Notes under the pieces: model-generated
What the model was told of the DNA's origin: nothing
The model's input: only the letters and a program-made list of their open reading frames with translations
Databases searched by the model: none
Assembly: GCA_038065415.1 (NCBI GenBank)
Contig: JBBTRA010000002.1
Location: 13,646 to 77,645 of the forward strand
Origin: Patescibacteria group bacterium
GTDB lineage: Bacteria > Patescibacteriota > Minisyncoccia > Phycocordibacterales > PALSA-1337
Reading direction: 5' to 3'
DNA: 64,000 nt
Shown: positions 19,028 through 29,315 of the stretch, in pieces
How positions within the stretch are numbered: position 1 is the stretch's first letter
Layout of the letters: every line of letters starts with the position of its first letter
Position numbers and translations under genes: made by a program

Positions 19028-20145
19028 CTTCATTTTTGAAGGCTCATTGGCATTGGTGTGCGATTGCGCTGACAATGCTCGCATCGATGGCACTTGTCTT
19101 CTCAGTCAATGGTTTTTTTGATACACGTATAGACGCGCGTATCTATGCCGCGCAAATATCTTCATTTGAGAGTGGTGATGTATTTTCGGGTGACCCACAT
19201 GTGATCATGCGCCTCTTCAAACCGCTCTACGGCATCATTGGTGGGTGGATATTCCAGTCGACACATCCTTATGGCATGATCCTGGGGCTCAATATATTTT
19301 TTTACGCCATTCTCGCTTTTTTCGCGTATCGTATCTTCAAAGCACTTGATTTCTCTGAAAGAGAATCGGTCGTCGGAACACTCTGGATAGTCACCGCATA
19401 TCCTGTCCTCAAATATGGTCTTGCACTGGGTACCGACATGTCGGGCTGGGCCTTGGCGGCAGTAACGGTGGCTATTGGTCTCGTTGCGATCAAGAAAGAT
19501 TCAAATTTTTTGTTGGCACTTGCTTCGGTTGCTGGATTTCTAGGAGCGGCAACAAAAGAGACGGGCCCGCTCGGACTGGGTGCGATCGGATTGTTGGTCG
19601 TGTGGACATATAGGAAACAGGGGATCAAGATTCTTGCTACTCGGTTGGCATCCGTATGTCTGCCATTCATTATTTTGTATGGAGTATTGTTTGCTACTAT
19701 TTCAGGCAGTGCCCCTACACTCTTCGACTGGTTCAATGCCAATACAACAGAGTATAGCGGCAAAGGCACGTATTCTGTAATCAAACTTGTCGCTGTTGCA
19801 GGCTCTACATTTGGTCTGTACTGGCTTGGTGTTGTGTATGCGATACGCATGATGATACGGGAACGACGAATGTTCGATCACATCGGCTATATTGTCGGGG
19901 CATTGATTGCTACTCTGCCGATACTTATGTGGCCGCTGTTTATTTCGAGAATAGTGTTCATACAATTTTTGTGGGTCATGCCACTTGCGCTCTACGGCTA
20001 TCGGGTGATGTCTGGTCGTATTCAGAGCAGGTATCCTGAAAAAGGAAAGATCATCATGATATTCGTTGCACTCGTTCCTATCGTGTTTAGTGCAGCGCTT
20101 TTCTTGGTTGGCGCGCGAGGCTCGCTCTTTACTTTGATGCATTGA
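19024..20145 (+). CDS. polytopic membrane protein, putative GT-C glycosyltransferase
   Basis: About 10 hydrophobic segments, DA.IY after TM1, TD and KET motifs. ATGA-coupled to the GT2 gene. Confidence 0.6.
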   Translation: MTSFLKAHWHWCAIALTMLASMALVFSVNGFFDTRIDARIYAAQISSFESGDVFSGDPHVIMRLFKPLYGIIGGWIFQSTHPYGMILGLNIFFYAILAFFAYRIFKALDFSERESVVGTLWIVTAYPVLKYGLALGTDMSGWALAAVTVAIGLVAIKKDSNFLLALASVAGFLGAATKETGPLGLGAIGLLVVWTYRKQGIKILATRLASVCLPFIILYGVLFATISGSAPTLFDWFNANTTEYSGKGTYSVIKLVAVAGSTFGLYWLGVVYAIRMMIRERRMFDHIGYIVGALIATLPILMWPLFISRIVFIQFLWVMPLALYGYRVMSGRIQSRYPEKGKIIMIFVALVPIVFSAALFLVGARGSLFTLMH

Positions 20146-20177
20146 AAAAGGGCCGAAATTGGCTATAATGAGCCTCT

Positions 20178-21071
20178 ATGAAGAAACCCCTCATCGGCTT
20201 TATCGGACAGGGTTGGATTGGCAAAAATTACGCCCTCGACTTCGAAAAGCGCGGATATGAGGTTGTCCGCTATGGTCTTGAAGAGGCATATGCAGATAAT
20301 AGGGATAGGATCGGAGCATGTGACATCGTTTTTATTGCTGTACCCACACCGACGAGTAAAAAAGGTTTTGATGATAGCGTCATCCGTCACGTTTTACCGC
20401 TTGTCGGTGAAGGGAAGGTTGCAGTGATCAAGTCCACAATCATCGTGGGTACGACAGTAAAACTCCAGAAATCATTTCCGCGCATCATTGTTCTGCACTC
20501 GCCAGAGTTCTTGAGCGAACGTACAGCTGCATATGATGCTGCGAATCCGGACAGGAATATTGTGGGTGTTCCACAAAAAGGTTCGAAATATGCTGATGCC
20601 GCTAATCTCGTCATGTCAGTGCTTCCACCGTCACCGTTCTCACTTGTCTGTACTTCAGCGGAAGCCGAGTTGATCAAGTATAGCCATAACATCCATGGGT
20701 ATATCCAAGTAGTATTCGCCAATATCCTGTATGACCTCGCAGACGAGTTCTCGATGGACTGGGATGTGCTCTTCAAAGCATTTTCTGCCAATCCTCTCAT
20801 GGTCCCGCGCTACCTTCAACCGATTCATCAGAGCGGTCGTGGTGCTGGAGGTAATTGTTTTATCAAGGACTTCGAGGCCTTCATCCGACTCTATGAGAAG
20901 TCAGTGAAGGATGCGGTGGGACTCAAAACTCTCAAGGCTATCCGCGATAAAAATCTGGAGCTCCTCGTCTCGTCAGGAAAGGATCTCGAGAAGATAGCAG
21001 CAATCTATGGTCCAGCAAAAGCGAAACAGAGGGGGAAAACAATCCGAATCCAGAAGCGCATCAAGAAATAA
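20178..21071 (+). CDS. UDP-glucose/GDP-mannose dehydrogenase family, short form (paralog 2)
   Basis: Same motifs as 13988..14845, including GAGGNCFIKDFEAFI. Confidence 0.88.
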   Translation: MKKPLIGFIGQGWIGKNYALDFEKRGYEVVRYGLEEAYADNRDRIGACDIVFIAVPTPTSKKGFDDSVIRHVLPLVGEGKVAVIKSTIIVGTTVKLQKSFPRIIVLHSPEFLSERTAAYDAANPDRNIVGVPQKGSKYADAANLVMSVLPPSPFSLVCTSAEAELIKYSHNIHGYIQVVFANILYDLADEFSMDWDVLFKAFSANPLMVPRYLQPIHQSGRGAGGNCFIKDFEAFIRLYEKSVKDAVGLKTLKAIRDKNLELLVSSGKDLEKIAAIYGPAKAKQRGKTIRIQKRIKK

Positions 21072-21072
21072 T

Positions 21073-22164
21073 ATGAAACTCCTTGTCACGACACAAAAAG
21101 TAGACCGCGCAGATCCAATACTAGGCTTTTTCCATGCGTGGATCATCGAACTGGCAAAGCACTTCGATGTAGTCACGATCATCTGTCTGGAGGAAGGTGA
21201 GCATGAATTGCCCGCCAATGTCAGAGTGTTGACGCTCGGAAAGAGTAACCAGAAGCTCGTGCCAGTGGAGGCTCAGGTAAAAAGAAGGATAGGGTACGTA
21301 TGGAAATTCTATACGTACATCCTGAAGGAGCACAAAAATTATGACGCTGTCTTCGTGCACATGAACCCGGTATATAGTGTACTCGGTTGGCCAATCTGGA
21401 GATCGCTCGGCAAGAAAGTGTCACTCTGGTATGTGCATCGATCAGTCGATCTGAAGTTGCGTGCAGCAGCGATTTTGGTTGATCGTATATTTACCGCATC
21501 GAAGGAAAGCTTCAAAATTTCTAGCAAAAAAGTCCTGGTTGTTGGTCATGGTATAGAGACAGGACGGTTTGCCGGCATCACTCGTCCCTTGCCGCTTCCC
21601 GAAGATCCGATACGAGTCCTCCATGTAGGCCGTATCACAAAGATTAAGAATTGCGATGTTCTTATCGAAGCTGCCGGCATTTTGTCACAGTCATGGAGCC
21701 GTCGTGTAGAAGTGATATTTGTTGGAGAAATGGTCACACCTGCTGATCATGAGTATCGGAAAAAGTTGGATGATCAGATCAAGAACCTTGGCTTGACTGA
21801 CATGGTCCGTTTTGTCGGTCCAATCCCAAATCACGATATCGGCACTTGGTACGCGCAGGCGGATCTCACCGTCAATCTGGCTCCAACTGGTGGTGTCGAC
21901 AAGGCAGTGCTCGAGTCGCTCGCCTCGGGTGCGCCGGTCTTCTGGTCAAATGAATCATTTAGCGACATATTTCACCCGTATGAGAGTATCTTTCACATAG
22001 CGTACAAGGATGCAGGTATGCTTGCAGAAAAGATACGTTTGTACTGTGGGCGTATGGATGCTTCATCGATTGAGGCCGAGCTTCGTGCACGCGTCGTAGA
22101 ACGTTTCAGTATCGATGCACTTATTTCACGCATTTCACTAGATATTCATGACTCAAGTCGATAA
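21073..22164 (+). CDS. glycosyltransferase family 4
   Basis: GHGI, GRITKIKN, GGVDKAVLES. Confidence 0.85.
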   Translation: MKLLVTTQKVDRADPILGFFHAWIIELAKHFDVVTIICLEEGEHELPANVRVLTLGKSNQKLVPVEAQVKRRIGYVWKFYTYILKEHKNYDAVFVHMNPVYSVLGWPIWRSLGKKVSLWYVHRSVDLKLRAAAILVDRIFTASKESFKISSKKVLVVGHGIETGRFAGITRPLPLPEDPIRVLHVGRITKIKNCDVLIEAAGILSQSWSRRVEVIFVGEMVTPADHEYRKKLDDQIKNLGLTDMVRFVGPIPNHDIGTWYAQADLTVNLAPTGGVDKAVLESLASGAPVFWSNESFSDIFHPYESIFHIAYKDAGMLAEKIRLYCGRMDASSIEAELRARVVERFSIDALISRISLDIHDSSR

Positions 22165-22765
22165 AAAAGCATATCATCTGAGCACGTATTCGACTGCTGA
22201 CCGCTGGGTGAGCTACTATCATCAGCTGCGCTTGGCGACCGCATGTGCACCTCGAAACATTCTCGAGATTGGCGTTGGCGATAAGGTTTTTGGTTCGTAT
22301 ATCAAAGAGAATACGAATATTGCGTATGTGGGGGCGGATTATGATGCCACGGTTTCTCCTGATGTTATTGCGGATATCTTGAAGTTACCATTCAAAGATG
22401 AGGAGTTCGATGTGGTGTGTGTGTTCGAAGTTCTTGAGCATCTCCCATTCGGGCAGTTCGAGAAGGCACTGGCTGAACTGAGTCGCGTCTCTGTCAAGCA
22501 TGTCTTGATCAGCTTGCCGCATTTTGGTCCGCCGGTGAAGCTCAGCTTCAAGATTCCGTTCCTGCCGGAGGTGAAGCTGGCGTGGAAGCTTCCGTGGCCC
22601 AAGAAACATGTTTTCAATGGCCAGCATTATTGGGAAATTGGCAAGAAGGGATATTCGATCGACATGCTGCGCTCGGTGTTCAGGAAGCATTTTGTGCTAA
22701 AGCAAGATTTCGTTCCGTTCGAGAATCAGTATCATCACTTCTTTGTGCTTGAGAAAAAACCATGA
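22148..22765 (+). CDS. class I SAM-dependent methyltransferase
   Basis: ILEIGVG, LPFKDEEFD, EVLEHL. Confidence 0.88.
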   Translation: MTQVDKKAYHLSTYSTADRWVSYYHQLRLATACAPRNILEIGVGDKVFGSYIKENTNIAYVGADYDATVSPDVIADILKLPFKDEEFDVVCVFEVLEHLPFGQFEKALAELSRVSVKHVLISLPHFGPPVKLSFKIPFLPEVKLAWKLPWPKKHVFNGQHYWEIGKKGYSIDMLRSVFRKHFVLKQDFVPFENQYHHFFVLEKKP

Positions 22766-23826
22766 AAGTCCTCTATATATACTCTGGATCCCGCAAGGAT
22801 AAATTTAAGGGAACGATAGGGATAGATTATCCTGATACGCAATTTTATGGACTCAATCATCTGGGCAAGTTCGGTATTGAAACAGATTACGCAGAGTTTA
22901 GTGATGTTTTGACTTTCAAACCATTCAGATGGATTCTTTCCTTCCGGTTGAGGCACATCATCGCAACCCTCTATTTTTCTTTGAAAGGTGATTATGACGT
23001 TATCTTCGGTTCATCACTAGTGTATGGACTCCTCTTCAAAAGGTTGTTTGGTTTGAAGCAGAAATATGTTCTGCTTGATATCAGCATCGGCCGCACCCTC
23101 ACTGCGAATAGGGGTCGGACTTTACGATATAAGTTCTTCATTTGGTTGCTCGGCGCTGCTCATGGGATTGTGTCTCTATCAAACGTCCAAAAGGTGAGGC
23201 TTGAACAGGAATTGCCTCAGTTTATCGGTAAGGTATATTTCGCACACCTTGGTGTCGATACGAAATACCATACACCAATCTTCGAAGATAGGAATGGTCC
23301 CATACTCTCTGCGGGCCGTGATAATGGACGTGATTATGGGACTGTACTGGAAGTGGCTCGTCTCATGCCCGAGGAAAGATTTGAAATTGTTTGTAGTCGT
23401 CGCAATCTGGCGGGGTTGGGCGAAATTCCTGTGAATGTATCGGTGACCTATGATTTGCCGCCCCATGACCTGTATGATAGATTTGGCACAGCAGAGATGC
23501 TGCTTCTCATCACCCATGACGACTCATACGCTGATGGATCCGATTGTTCTGGTCAGACGGTACTTCTCGAGGCCCTGGCCAAAGGATTGCCGGTGATTGC
23601 TTCTACTAAAAAGTACCTCGCAGATTATGTAGAAGATGGCAAGGATATTCTCGAGGTCGATTTCTATGATGCTACAGGTATCGTAGAGAAGATACATGAG
23701 ATCAGAGCAGGAGACATGGCCGCACGGCTCGCGCGGAATGCTCGTGAGACTGCTGCATCATCGCTCTCGACTGAGAATATGGCGCGCGAGCTCTCGGATA
23801 TTTTTACCAAAATAACTACAAACTAA
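22762..23826 (+). CDS. glycosyltransferase family 4
   Basis: LGVD, AGRDNGRD, SGQTVLLEALAKGLPVI. Confidence 0.8.
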   Translation: MKVLYIYSGSRKDKFKGTIGIDYPDTQFYGLNHLGKFGIETDYAEFSDVLTFKPFRWILSFRLRHIIATLYFSLKGDYDVIFGSSLVYGLLFKRLFGLKQKYVLLDISIGRTLTANRGRTLRYKFFIWLLGAAHGIVSLSNVQKVRLEQELPQFIGKVYFAHLGVDTKYHTPIFEDRNGPILSAGRDNGRDYGTVLEVARLMPEERFEIVCSRRNLAGLGEIPVNVSVTYDLPPHDLYDRFGTAEMLLLITHDDSYADGSDCSGQTVLLEALAKGLPVIASTKKYLADYVEDGKDILEVDFYDATGIVEKIHEIRAGDMAARLARNARETAASSLSTENMARELSDIFTKITTN

Positions 23827-24395
23827 TGGAACCGCAACTCAAGATCGTAGACAAGCTGGTGGCAGGCAAAGAGCGTGTGCTCGAGCTTGGCTGTGGCAAT
23901 GGCAAGCTCATCAACGGCATTGCCGCCGCATATCCGCATCTCAAGGCAATTATTGGCGTTGATTTTTACAATGCACCGCCTGTCATCGATCCGCGAGTCC
24001 AATTCATAAAACAGGATCTCGAGAACCTCTCTATTGAAGGTACATTCGACCTCATCATCCTCAATCACGTTTTTGAGCATATTAAGAATCCGCTCGGTCT
24101 CGTGGAGCGCATCAAGAAAAATCTCGCTCCTCGCGGTAAGCTCCTCATCATCGTCCCGAATAGGCGCGGCTTCCAGAATGAGGCGCGCACGTATCTTCCT
24201 GAGCATGGTAAGCACTATTTTCTCTGGGATCGTGAGAGTCTCGAGTACAGCCTCAATCGCCTGGGTATGGTTTGCCGCTTCCACAACCTACATTTCACCT
24301 CGACCCGCGGCAATCTCCTCAAGTTCATCCCGGCATTGCTACGCATAGAGAATCCAAACCTCATGTGTATTGCAGCGATGGATGTTCAGGAATAA
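23826..24395 (+). CDS. class I SAM-dependent methyltransferase
   Basis: VLELGCGNG, HVFEH, L.P.G. Confidence 0.88.
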   Translation: MEPQLKIVDKLVAGKERVLELGCGNGKLINGIAAAYPHLKAIIGVDFYNAPPVIDPRVQFIKQDLENLSIEGTFDLIILNHVFEHIKNPLGLVERIKKNLAPRGKLLIIVPNRRGFQNEARTYLPEHGKHYFLWDRESLEYSLNRLGMVCRFHNLHFTSTRGNLLKFIPALLRIENPNLMCIAAMDVQE

Positions 24396-25538
24396 ATGAC
24401 TAAGCTCACCTACATCACTAATGTCCGCATGCCTACCGAGAAGGCTCATGGCATCCAGATCGCTCGCATGTGCGAAGCCTTCGGTACGGCAGGAATTGAT
24501 CTCGAATTGGTGGTGCCGCGTAGGAAGGGAACGAATCCAGAGAGTGCGTATGCCTTTTATGGCATCAAGAATAATTTCAAGATACGCCCCCTCTGGTGCA
24601 TCGACATAGTCGAGAAAGTTCCATGGTTCGGTTACTGGCTCCAGCTTGCAACCTTCACTCTCTCTGTTTTGGTGCGCTACACATTCGCCTCACGCACAGC
24701 ATCAAGACTCTATACGCGCGAGTTTATGCTGGCTGTCCTGTTACGCCGTCTTGGCTATGACGTTGTCTATGAGTCACATCGCATTTTGTTGAAGAAGAAG
24801 CTCTTCTTTGGTTTGCTCCGCGGTGTGAACCGCATCATTACCAACTCACGCGGCGTCGCCGAGGAATTCAAGGCCAATGGCTTCAAGGATGTTCTGCCGC
24901 TACCCAATGGTATCGACCTTGCAGAGTTCGATCTGAAACAGAGCAAGGCAGAGCTTCGTCGAGAGCTTGGCTGGGTAGAGTCAGATCGTATCGCCCTGTA
25001 TACCGGCTACCTCTACAAATGGAAGGGTATCGATACACTCATGGCTGCGGGTGAGCTTATCTCCAAAACAGGTTCTTCGTTCAAGCTGGTGATCCTCGGA
25101 GGTAGCGTGGCGGACGTTAAGACATATAGCGATATCGCCCGCGAAAAGGGAATGATCAAGATGGAGTTCCTCGGACACAAGGATCGGAAGGTGATGCCCA
25201 AATACATGAAGGCGGCCGACGTTCTTTTGCTGCCTAATAGCGCAGTAAGCGAAGAGTCGGTCAAATATACTTCGCCCATCAAACTTTTTGAATACATGGC
25301 GAGTAGAGTTCCGATTGTGGCGTCGGATATGCCCTCGATTAGAGAGATCGTGAGTGATGAGAGTGCAGTGTTGGTCAAGCCGGATGATGCTGCTGCGTTG
25401 GTTGCAGGTATAGAAAAAACTCTTGCTGATGAGGCGGAATCAAAAGTACGCGCAGAGAAAGCGTATCAGGATGTGACGGAGCTCACGTGGGATGGTCGTG
25501 CAGCGAAGACGCTAGACTTTATCGGGCTGCGTGCTTAG
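24396..25538 (+). CDS. glycosyltransferase family 4
   Basis: PNGID, WKG, SPIKLFEYMAS. Confidence 0.92.
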   Translation: MTKLTYITNVRMPTEKAHGIQIARMCEAFGTAGIDLELVVPRRKGTNPESAYAFYGIKNNFKIRPLWCIDIVEKVPWFGYWLQLATFTLSVLVRYTFASRTASRLYTREFMLAVLLRRLGYDVVYESHRILLKKKLFFGLLRGVNRIITNSRGVAEEFKANGFKDVLPLPNGIDLAEFDLKQSKAELRRELGWVESDRIALYTGYLYKWKGIDTLMAAGELISKTGSSFKLVILGGSVADVKTYSDIAREKGMIKMEFLGHKDRKVMPKYMKAADVLLLPNSAVSEESVKYTSPIKLFEYMASRVPIVASDMPSIREIVSDESAVLVKPDDAAALVAGIEKTLADEAESKVRAEKAYQDVTELTWDGRAAKTLDFIGLRA

Positions 25539-26362
25539 ATACCGATGACTGTACGTATGAAGGACTTGAATCCGCTCCAGCCAGGGCGGAAGTTCTTTTT
25601 TATAGAATAGTCAGCATGCATTTTGAATGCAGTGCCATCGATAGTGAGTGTGTCCATCTTGCCCACGATGAAGGAAAGATTCTGGAGTGCTTCGGGTTGA
25701 GATTTCCTCTCGTGACGCTCATGTCCAGGACGGTACGGATGATTCTGGTGAATGGCCGTGACGACGGGGGTGATATCTATCGATGATATATTATTCTTCC
25801 TGCAATACCAGATCATCCAGTTATCCCAACCGATGCGTCCGACTACGAGTGCCGGCATGTCCGTGAAGATCTCCTTCCTGAAGATAAAATAATCCATGGC
25901 CGCAACAGAATGAAGCGCACCTTCTTTGTGAGCACGATCTTTGAGTGGACGTTCCCAGTTTGTATCCTTAAAATCTATTTCCTCGGTGATATCTAGATCC
26001 CATCGACGGCCGCAGAGTAGGAAAGGACTGGCACTTGCGGCATCGGCCTTCTTGATTGCAGGAATGAAATCTGAGGTCAGTATCATGTCGGCATTTGCAT
26101 ACATGAGGATGGAGTGACGCGCCGTGTTCCGCGCGAGCGCGAATGCAGAGTCGAGTCGTGGCGTCCCCTGATCGGTGATGGCGACTCCAGGGATGTGGGT
26201 CAGCCCCAATTCTTGTGCAGTTTCGGCGATGCCTGCATCGGTGCCGAGCGCTATGATCTCGACGTCTGGATGTATGTGCTTCCAGCTCTGGAGTGCATTG
26301 CGCTGTATGAGGCGGATATGCGGGTCAGTGAAGGGCTTGGGGATGGTGAAGAGGGTGATCAT
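25535..26362 (-). CDS. GT-A-like glycosyltransferase
   Basis: IQRNALQSW, YANADMIL, GRRWD, DYFIF, GWDNW, HQNH; located in the glycan cluster. Confidence 0.7.
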   Translation of the reverse strand: MITLFTIPKPFTDPHIRLIQRNALQSWKHIHPDVEIIALGTDAGIAETAQELGLTHIPGVAITDQGTPRLDSAFALARNTARHSILMYANADMILTSDFIPAIKKADAASASPFLLCGRRWDLDITEEIDFKDTNWERPLKDRAHKEGALHSVAAMDYFIFRKEIFTDMPALVVGRIGWDNWMIWYCRKNNISSIDITPVVTAIHQNHPYRPGHERHERKSQPEALQNLSFIVGKMDTLTIDGTAFKMHADYSIKKNFRPGWSGFKSFIRTVIGI

Positions 26363-26365
26363 ATA

Positions 26366-28270
26366 TTAGGGAACTATAGCATAGAGGCGGATATGGGTGT
26401 CACGCTTCTGATCGTAGTATTCATAAACCTTCATCCCGTAGTCTAGGAAGTACTGAGCCGTGCGAAGCTTGGCTACCTCATCGCGCATCCATGGATTCCC
26501 CCTGGTCTTGGTATCGTCGATGAAGTAGCGGACATTCATTTCCTGGAGGCAGGTACGAATTGCAGCATCGTCATTCGTGGAGCAAAAGTCATCGATATAC
26601 GAGTTGCCGTTTTTCATCGAATAGCGGTAGAAGACGTTCCAGTACTCGAGAACCTTCTCATCCTTCAAATGCGTATTGATATAGTCGGTCACATAGATAG
26701 CGCCGCCTTCTATCTCACGGAAACAGGTATTGCGGTCACGTAGACCAGTCGCGCAGACGATCTCTTTCTTGAATGATACGATGCTTGCGCCGAGGAGGGT
26801 GAGGGCGATGACGATGAGTAGGTGAGGTACTACCTTCTTCGCGTATGAGATATAAATTGAGCCTTTGTCAGCGATGGACTTCATGAGGACATCGAGTGCG
26901 AGGACCAGGAAAATATTATTCAATATGAGGGCGGGGATTATGAAACGTATCTGGTGCGACCAGATGAATACGAACGCAAGGTATATCTCCAGTGCAACCA
27001 GTGTATAGAGAAGAATCCCGCGCAGATTGCGTTTGAAGGCCAGGTATATTGCGAGAGCATATGTCGCCATGAAGCTGACTGATAGGAATATGCCGAAGGG
27101 CAGGTGGTAGGTCTCTTTGCCGAAAAGGTAGAAGGGAAAGATGAAGAAGTTGTACCAGGTCTTGTTGAGTATGAAAGCATTGACCTCCACAGTGAACTCC
27201 ACACCTCCGCCAGCGGCGAATATAGGAAAAAAAGGATTTCCTGTCAGTATGAGGTTCTTGATATACCAGAAGCCGCCAATAATGAGTGCCGACAGGAAAT
27301 ATATGCCGCATACCTTGGCAATGTGCACAGCAGGTTCTTTATGGAGCCTTGATATCAAGATGATCTCAATCAGGCCTATCGCACCGAAGAAGAGTGAGAG
27401 GTATTTGATTCCGAGTCCCAGGCCGAGAAGCGCGCCGGCAAGAATGACACCGGGGTATGCTGTGCGAAGGTGCTCATGCGCTATGTGCCTCCTGGAGAGA
27501 GTGTCTATGAGTAGGAGGAGGCTAGCGATACTGAAAAGGAACGACCATATATCTATCATGCCGCCGCTGAGTGCATTGCGGGCCAATGGCATACAGGCGA
27601 GGAGGAGTATCACGGTCAGGTAGGTGAATCTTTTGTCGGTGAAATATCGGTGTGATAGAAGGGCAGCAAAAATAATGAGTAAGAGGTATGCGGCAAACTC
27701 GATGAGCTTGGAAACGCCCAGATTGTCGAAAAGGACGATAGTGACTGCGTAGAGGATTTCGCCAAGAACAGGGAGTTGGCCGTATTCGGGGTCCTCCATG
27801 ATGGGGAATGAAATAGGTTCACCGCTCGCTATCTCTGCGGAGAACGGTAGATGATATGCGAGACCATCTTTACCCATTGCTGATGCGGAGAGTGCTATGC
27901 CGGTATATATGATGGTCCAGGCGATGAGTATGAAGAGTAGGACGGATTCTACCTTTGTTTTTGGGATGAGTTTCTTCATCGTGTGCTTCCATGATTTGAA
28001 GCCAGCAAGTAAGTGCACATGGTAATAAATCGTCTTTCTAGAGATATAGAGGATGATGATCGTTATTAGACCGAGCCAAAAGATGTTCAAGATGCCAAAA
28101 AGGGAAAGCATCAATCCGACCATTGCGACGGCTCCATAGCCGAGAATAAGCGATACGGTGCTATGAAGTAGCACCTCTTTGCGCCAACAGATTGCCTTGA
28201 GGAGCGACCTTCCGAGAAGGAATGAGATGTAGCTGAATATGAGTGTTTGAATAATATAGAGAAACCACAT
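26366..28270 (-). CDS. large polytopic membrane protein, putative GT-C (ArnT/PMT-like)
   Basis: Many hydrophobic segments, DGLAYHLP, IKY, WY..N...TGNPFFP, RF..P. Confidence 0.7.
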   Translation of the reverse strand: MWFLYIIQTLIFSYISFLLGRSLLKAICWRKEVLLHSTVSLILGYGAVAMVGLMLSLFGILNIFWLGLITIIILYISRKTIYYHVHLLAGFKSWKHTMKKLIPKTKVESVLLFILIAWTIIYTGIALSASAMGKDGLAYHLPFSAEIASGEPISFPIMEDPEYGQLPVLGEILYAVTIVLFDNLGVSKLIEFAAYLLLIIFAALLSHRYFTDKRFTYLTVILLLACMPLARNALSGGMIDIWSFLFSIASLLLLIDTLSRRHIAHEHLRTAYPGVILAGALLGLGLGIKYLSLFFGAIGLIEIILISRLHKEPAVHIAKVCGIYFLSALIIGGFWYIKNLILTGNPFFPIFAAGGGVEFTVEVNAFILNKTWYNFFIFPFYLFGKETYHLPFGIFLSVSFMATYALAIYLAFKRNLRGILLYTLVALEIYLAFVFIWSHQIRFIIPALILNNIFLVLALDVLMKSIADKGSIYISYAKKVVPHLLIVIALTLLGASIVSFKKEIVCATGLRDRNTCFREIEGGAIYVTDYINTHLKDEKVLEYWNVFYRYSMKNGNSYIDDFCSTNDDAAIRTCLQEMNVRYFIDDTKTRGNPWMRDEVAKLRTAQYFLDYGMKVYEYYDQKRDTHIRLYAIVP

Positions 28271-28271
28271 G

Positions 28272-29315
28272 TTATTTGAGGCGTGCAGATATCACTATGC
28301 AGTCGCCGCTCTGGAGAAGATCCACGATACGGTTGCAAAGGGAGATGAGATTGAGAACTAGAAGATATACAGCTCTTTTCAGGACGGATTTGAGTTTTGC
28401 AGGGAAGCCATGGTTTTTCGAAGGTTTTTCCTGGGAAGCTGCTGCATCTTTTTGTTCGTATGCCCACAAAGGATTCTTCATGCCTTGCTGAGGTGTGAAG
28501 CGGAGACGATTGAGCGTATGGATCATCCATGTGGTCGGACTCACTGTCCTCTTTGAGATGACCTCAAAGCCATGGCGCGCGAGCAAGATGCCGATCGCAC
28601 GTGAGGTCAAAATGTGTTGGTGATAGGGGATGTGCCAGTGCGCCCATGCCCGACCGAATATCCTGCGATATATGCTGTCAGCATTGGGTGTACTGAGGAT
28701 GAGTGTGCCATTCTTCACCATGAATTGTTTTGTATGAGCAATGAAGCTCTCAAGATCGATGATGTGTTCGATGACTTGGTTGGCGATGGCATAGTCGAAA
28801 GTGCCTTGAGGAAAAGGACAATCTTCGATCGTACCGATGTGGAGATTGAGCTTAAGGGCGTCTCGGACTATGGATATGTTCTCATCTGTTTCTATGCCGT
28901 ATGCTTCAAATCCACGTCGCTCGAGTTCGATGAGCGATGCGCCGTCACCACAGCCAATGTCGAGGACTCTCTTGCTGTCGCCCTGAAGCGGGAGCATATG
29001 CTGTATCTTGTGGTTGCCATACCACCAATACATGAAGCGCTGATGGAGTGTCTCAGACCTGTTGCCGCGAGCTTCGACAGACTGTAGGTCGATGATGTGA
29101 CGAGGATAGTAGTCGGTGTAGAGTGGTCCGATATCTTCTGGTTTGAGTGGTGGTTCGGTCGTGAGCGTGCCGCAGGAATGACATCGCATGATGGAATACG
29201 ATCCGGGGTGGCCATAGCGGTCATCGTAGATGTGGGGGATGTAGGGGACAGTGGGGCTGCTACAGACAGGGCATGGAGATGAAGCCACTAAATTTTTTTT
29301 GGTGGATGTGGTCAT
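28272..29315 (-). CDS. class I SAM methyltransferase with N-terminal Zn ribbon
   Basis: CPVC...CHSC, VLDIGCGDG, QVIEH, STPN, PYH. Confidence 0.9.
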   Translation of the reverse strand: MTTSTKKNLVASSPCPVCSSPTVPYIPHIYDDRYGHPGSYSIMRCHSCGTLTTEPPLKPEDIGPLYTDYYPRHIIDLQSVEARGNRSETLHQRFMYWWYGNHKIQHMLPLQGDSKRVLDIGCGDGASLIELERRGFEAYGIETDENISIVRDALKLNLHIGTIEDCPFPQGTFDYAIANQVIEHIIDLESFIAHTKQFMVKNGTLILSTPNADSIYRRIFGRAWAHWHIPYHQHILTSRAIGILLARHGFEVISKRTVSPTTWMIHTLNRLRFTPQQGMKNPLWAYEQKDAAASQEKPSKNHGFPAKLKSVLKRAVYLLVLNLISLCNRIVDLLQSGDCIVISARLK

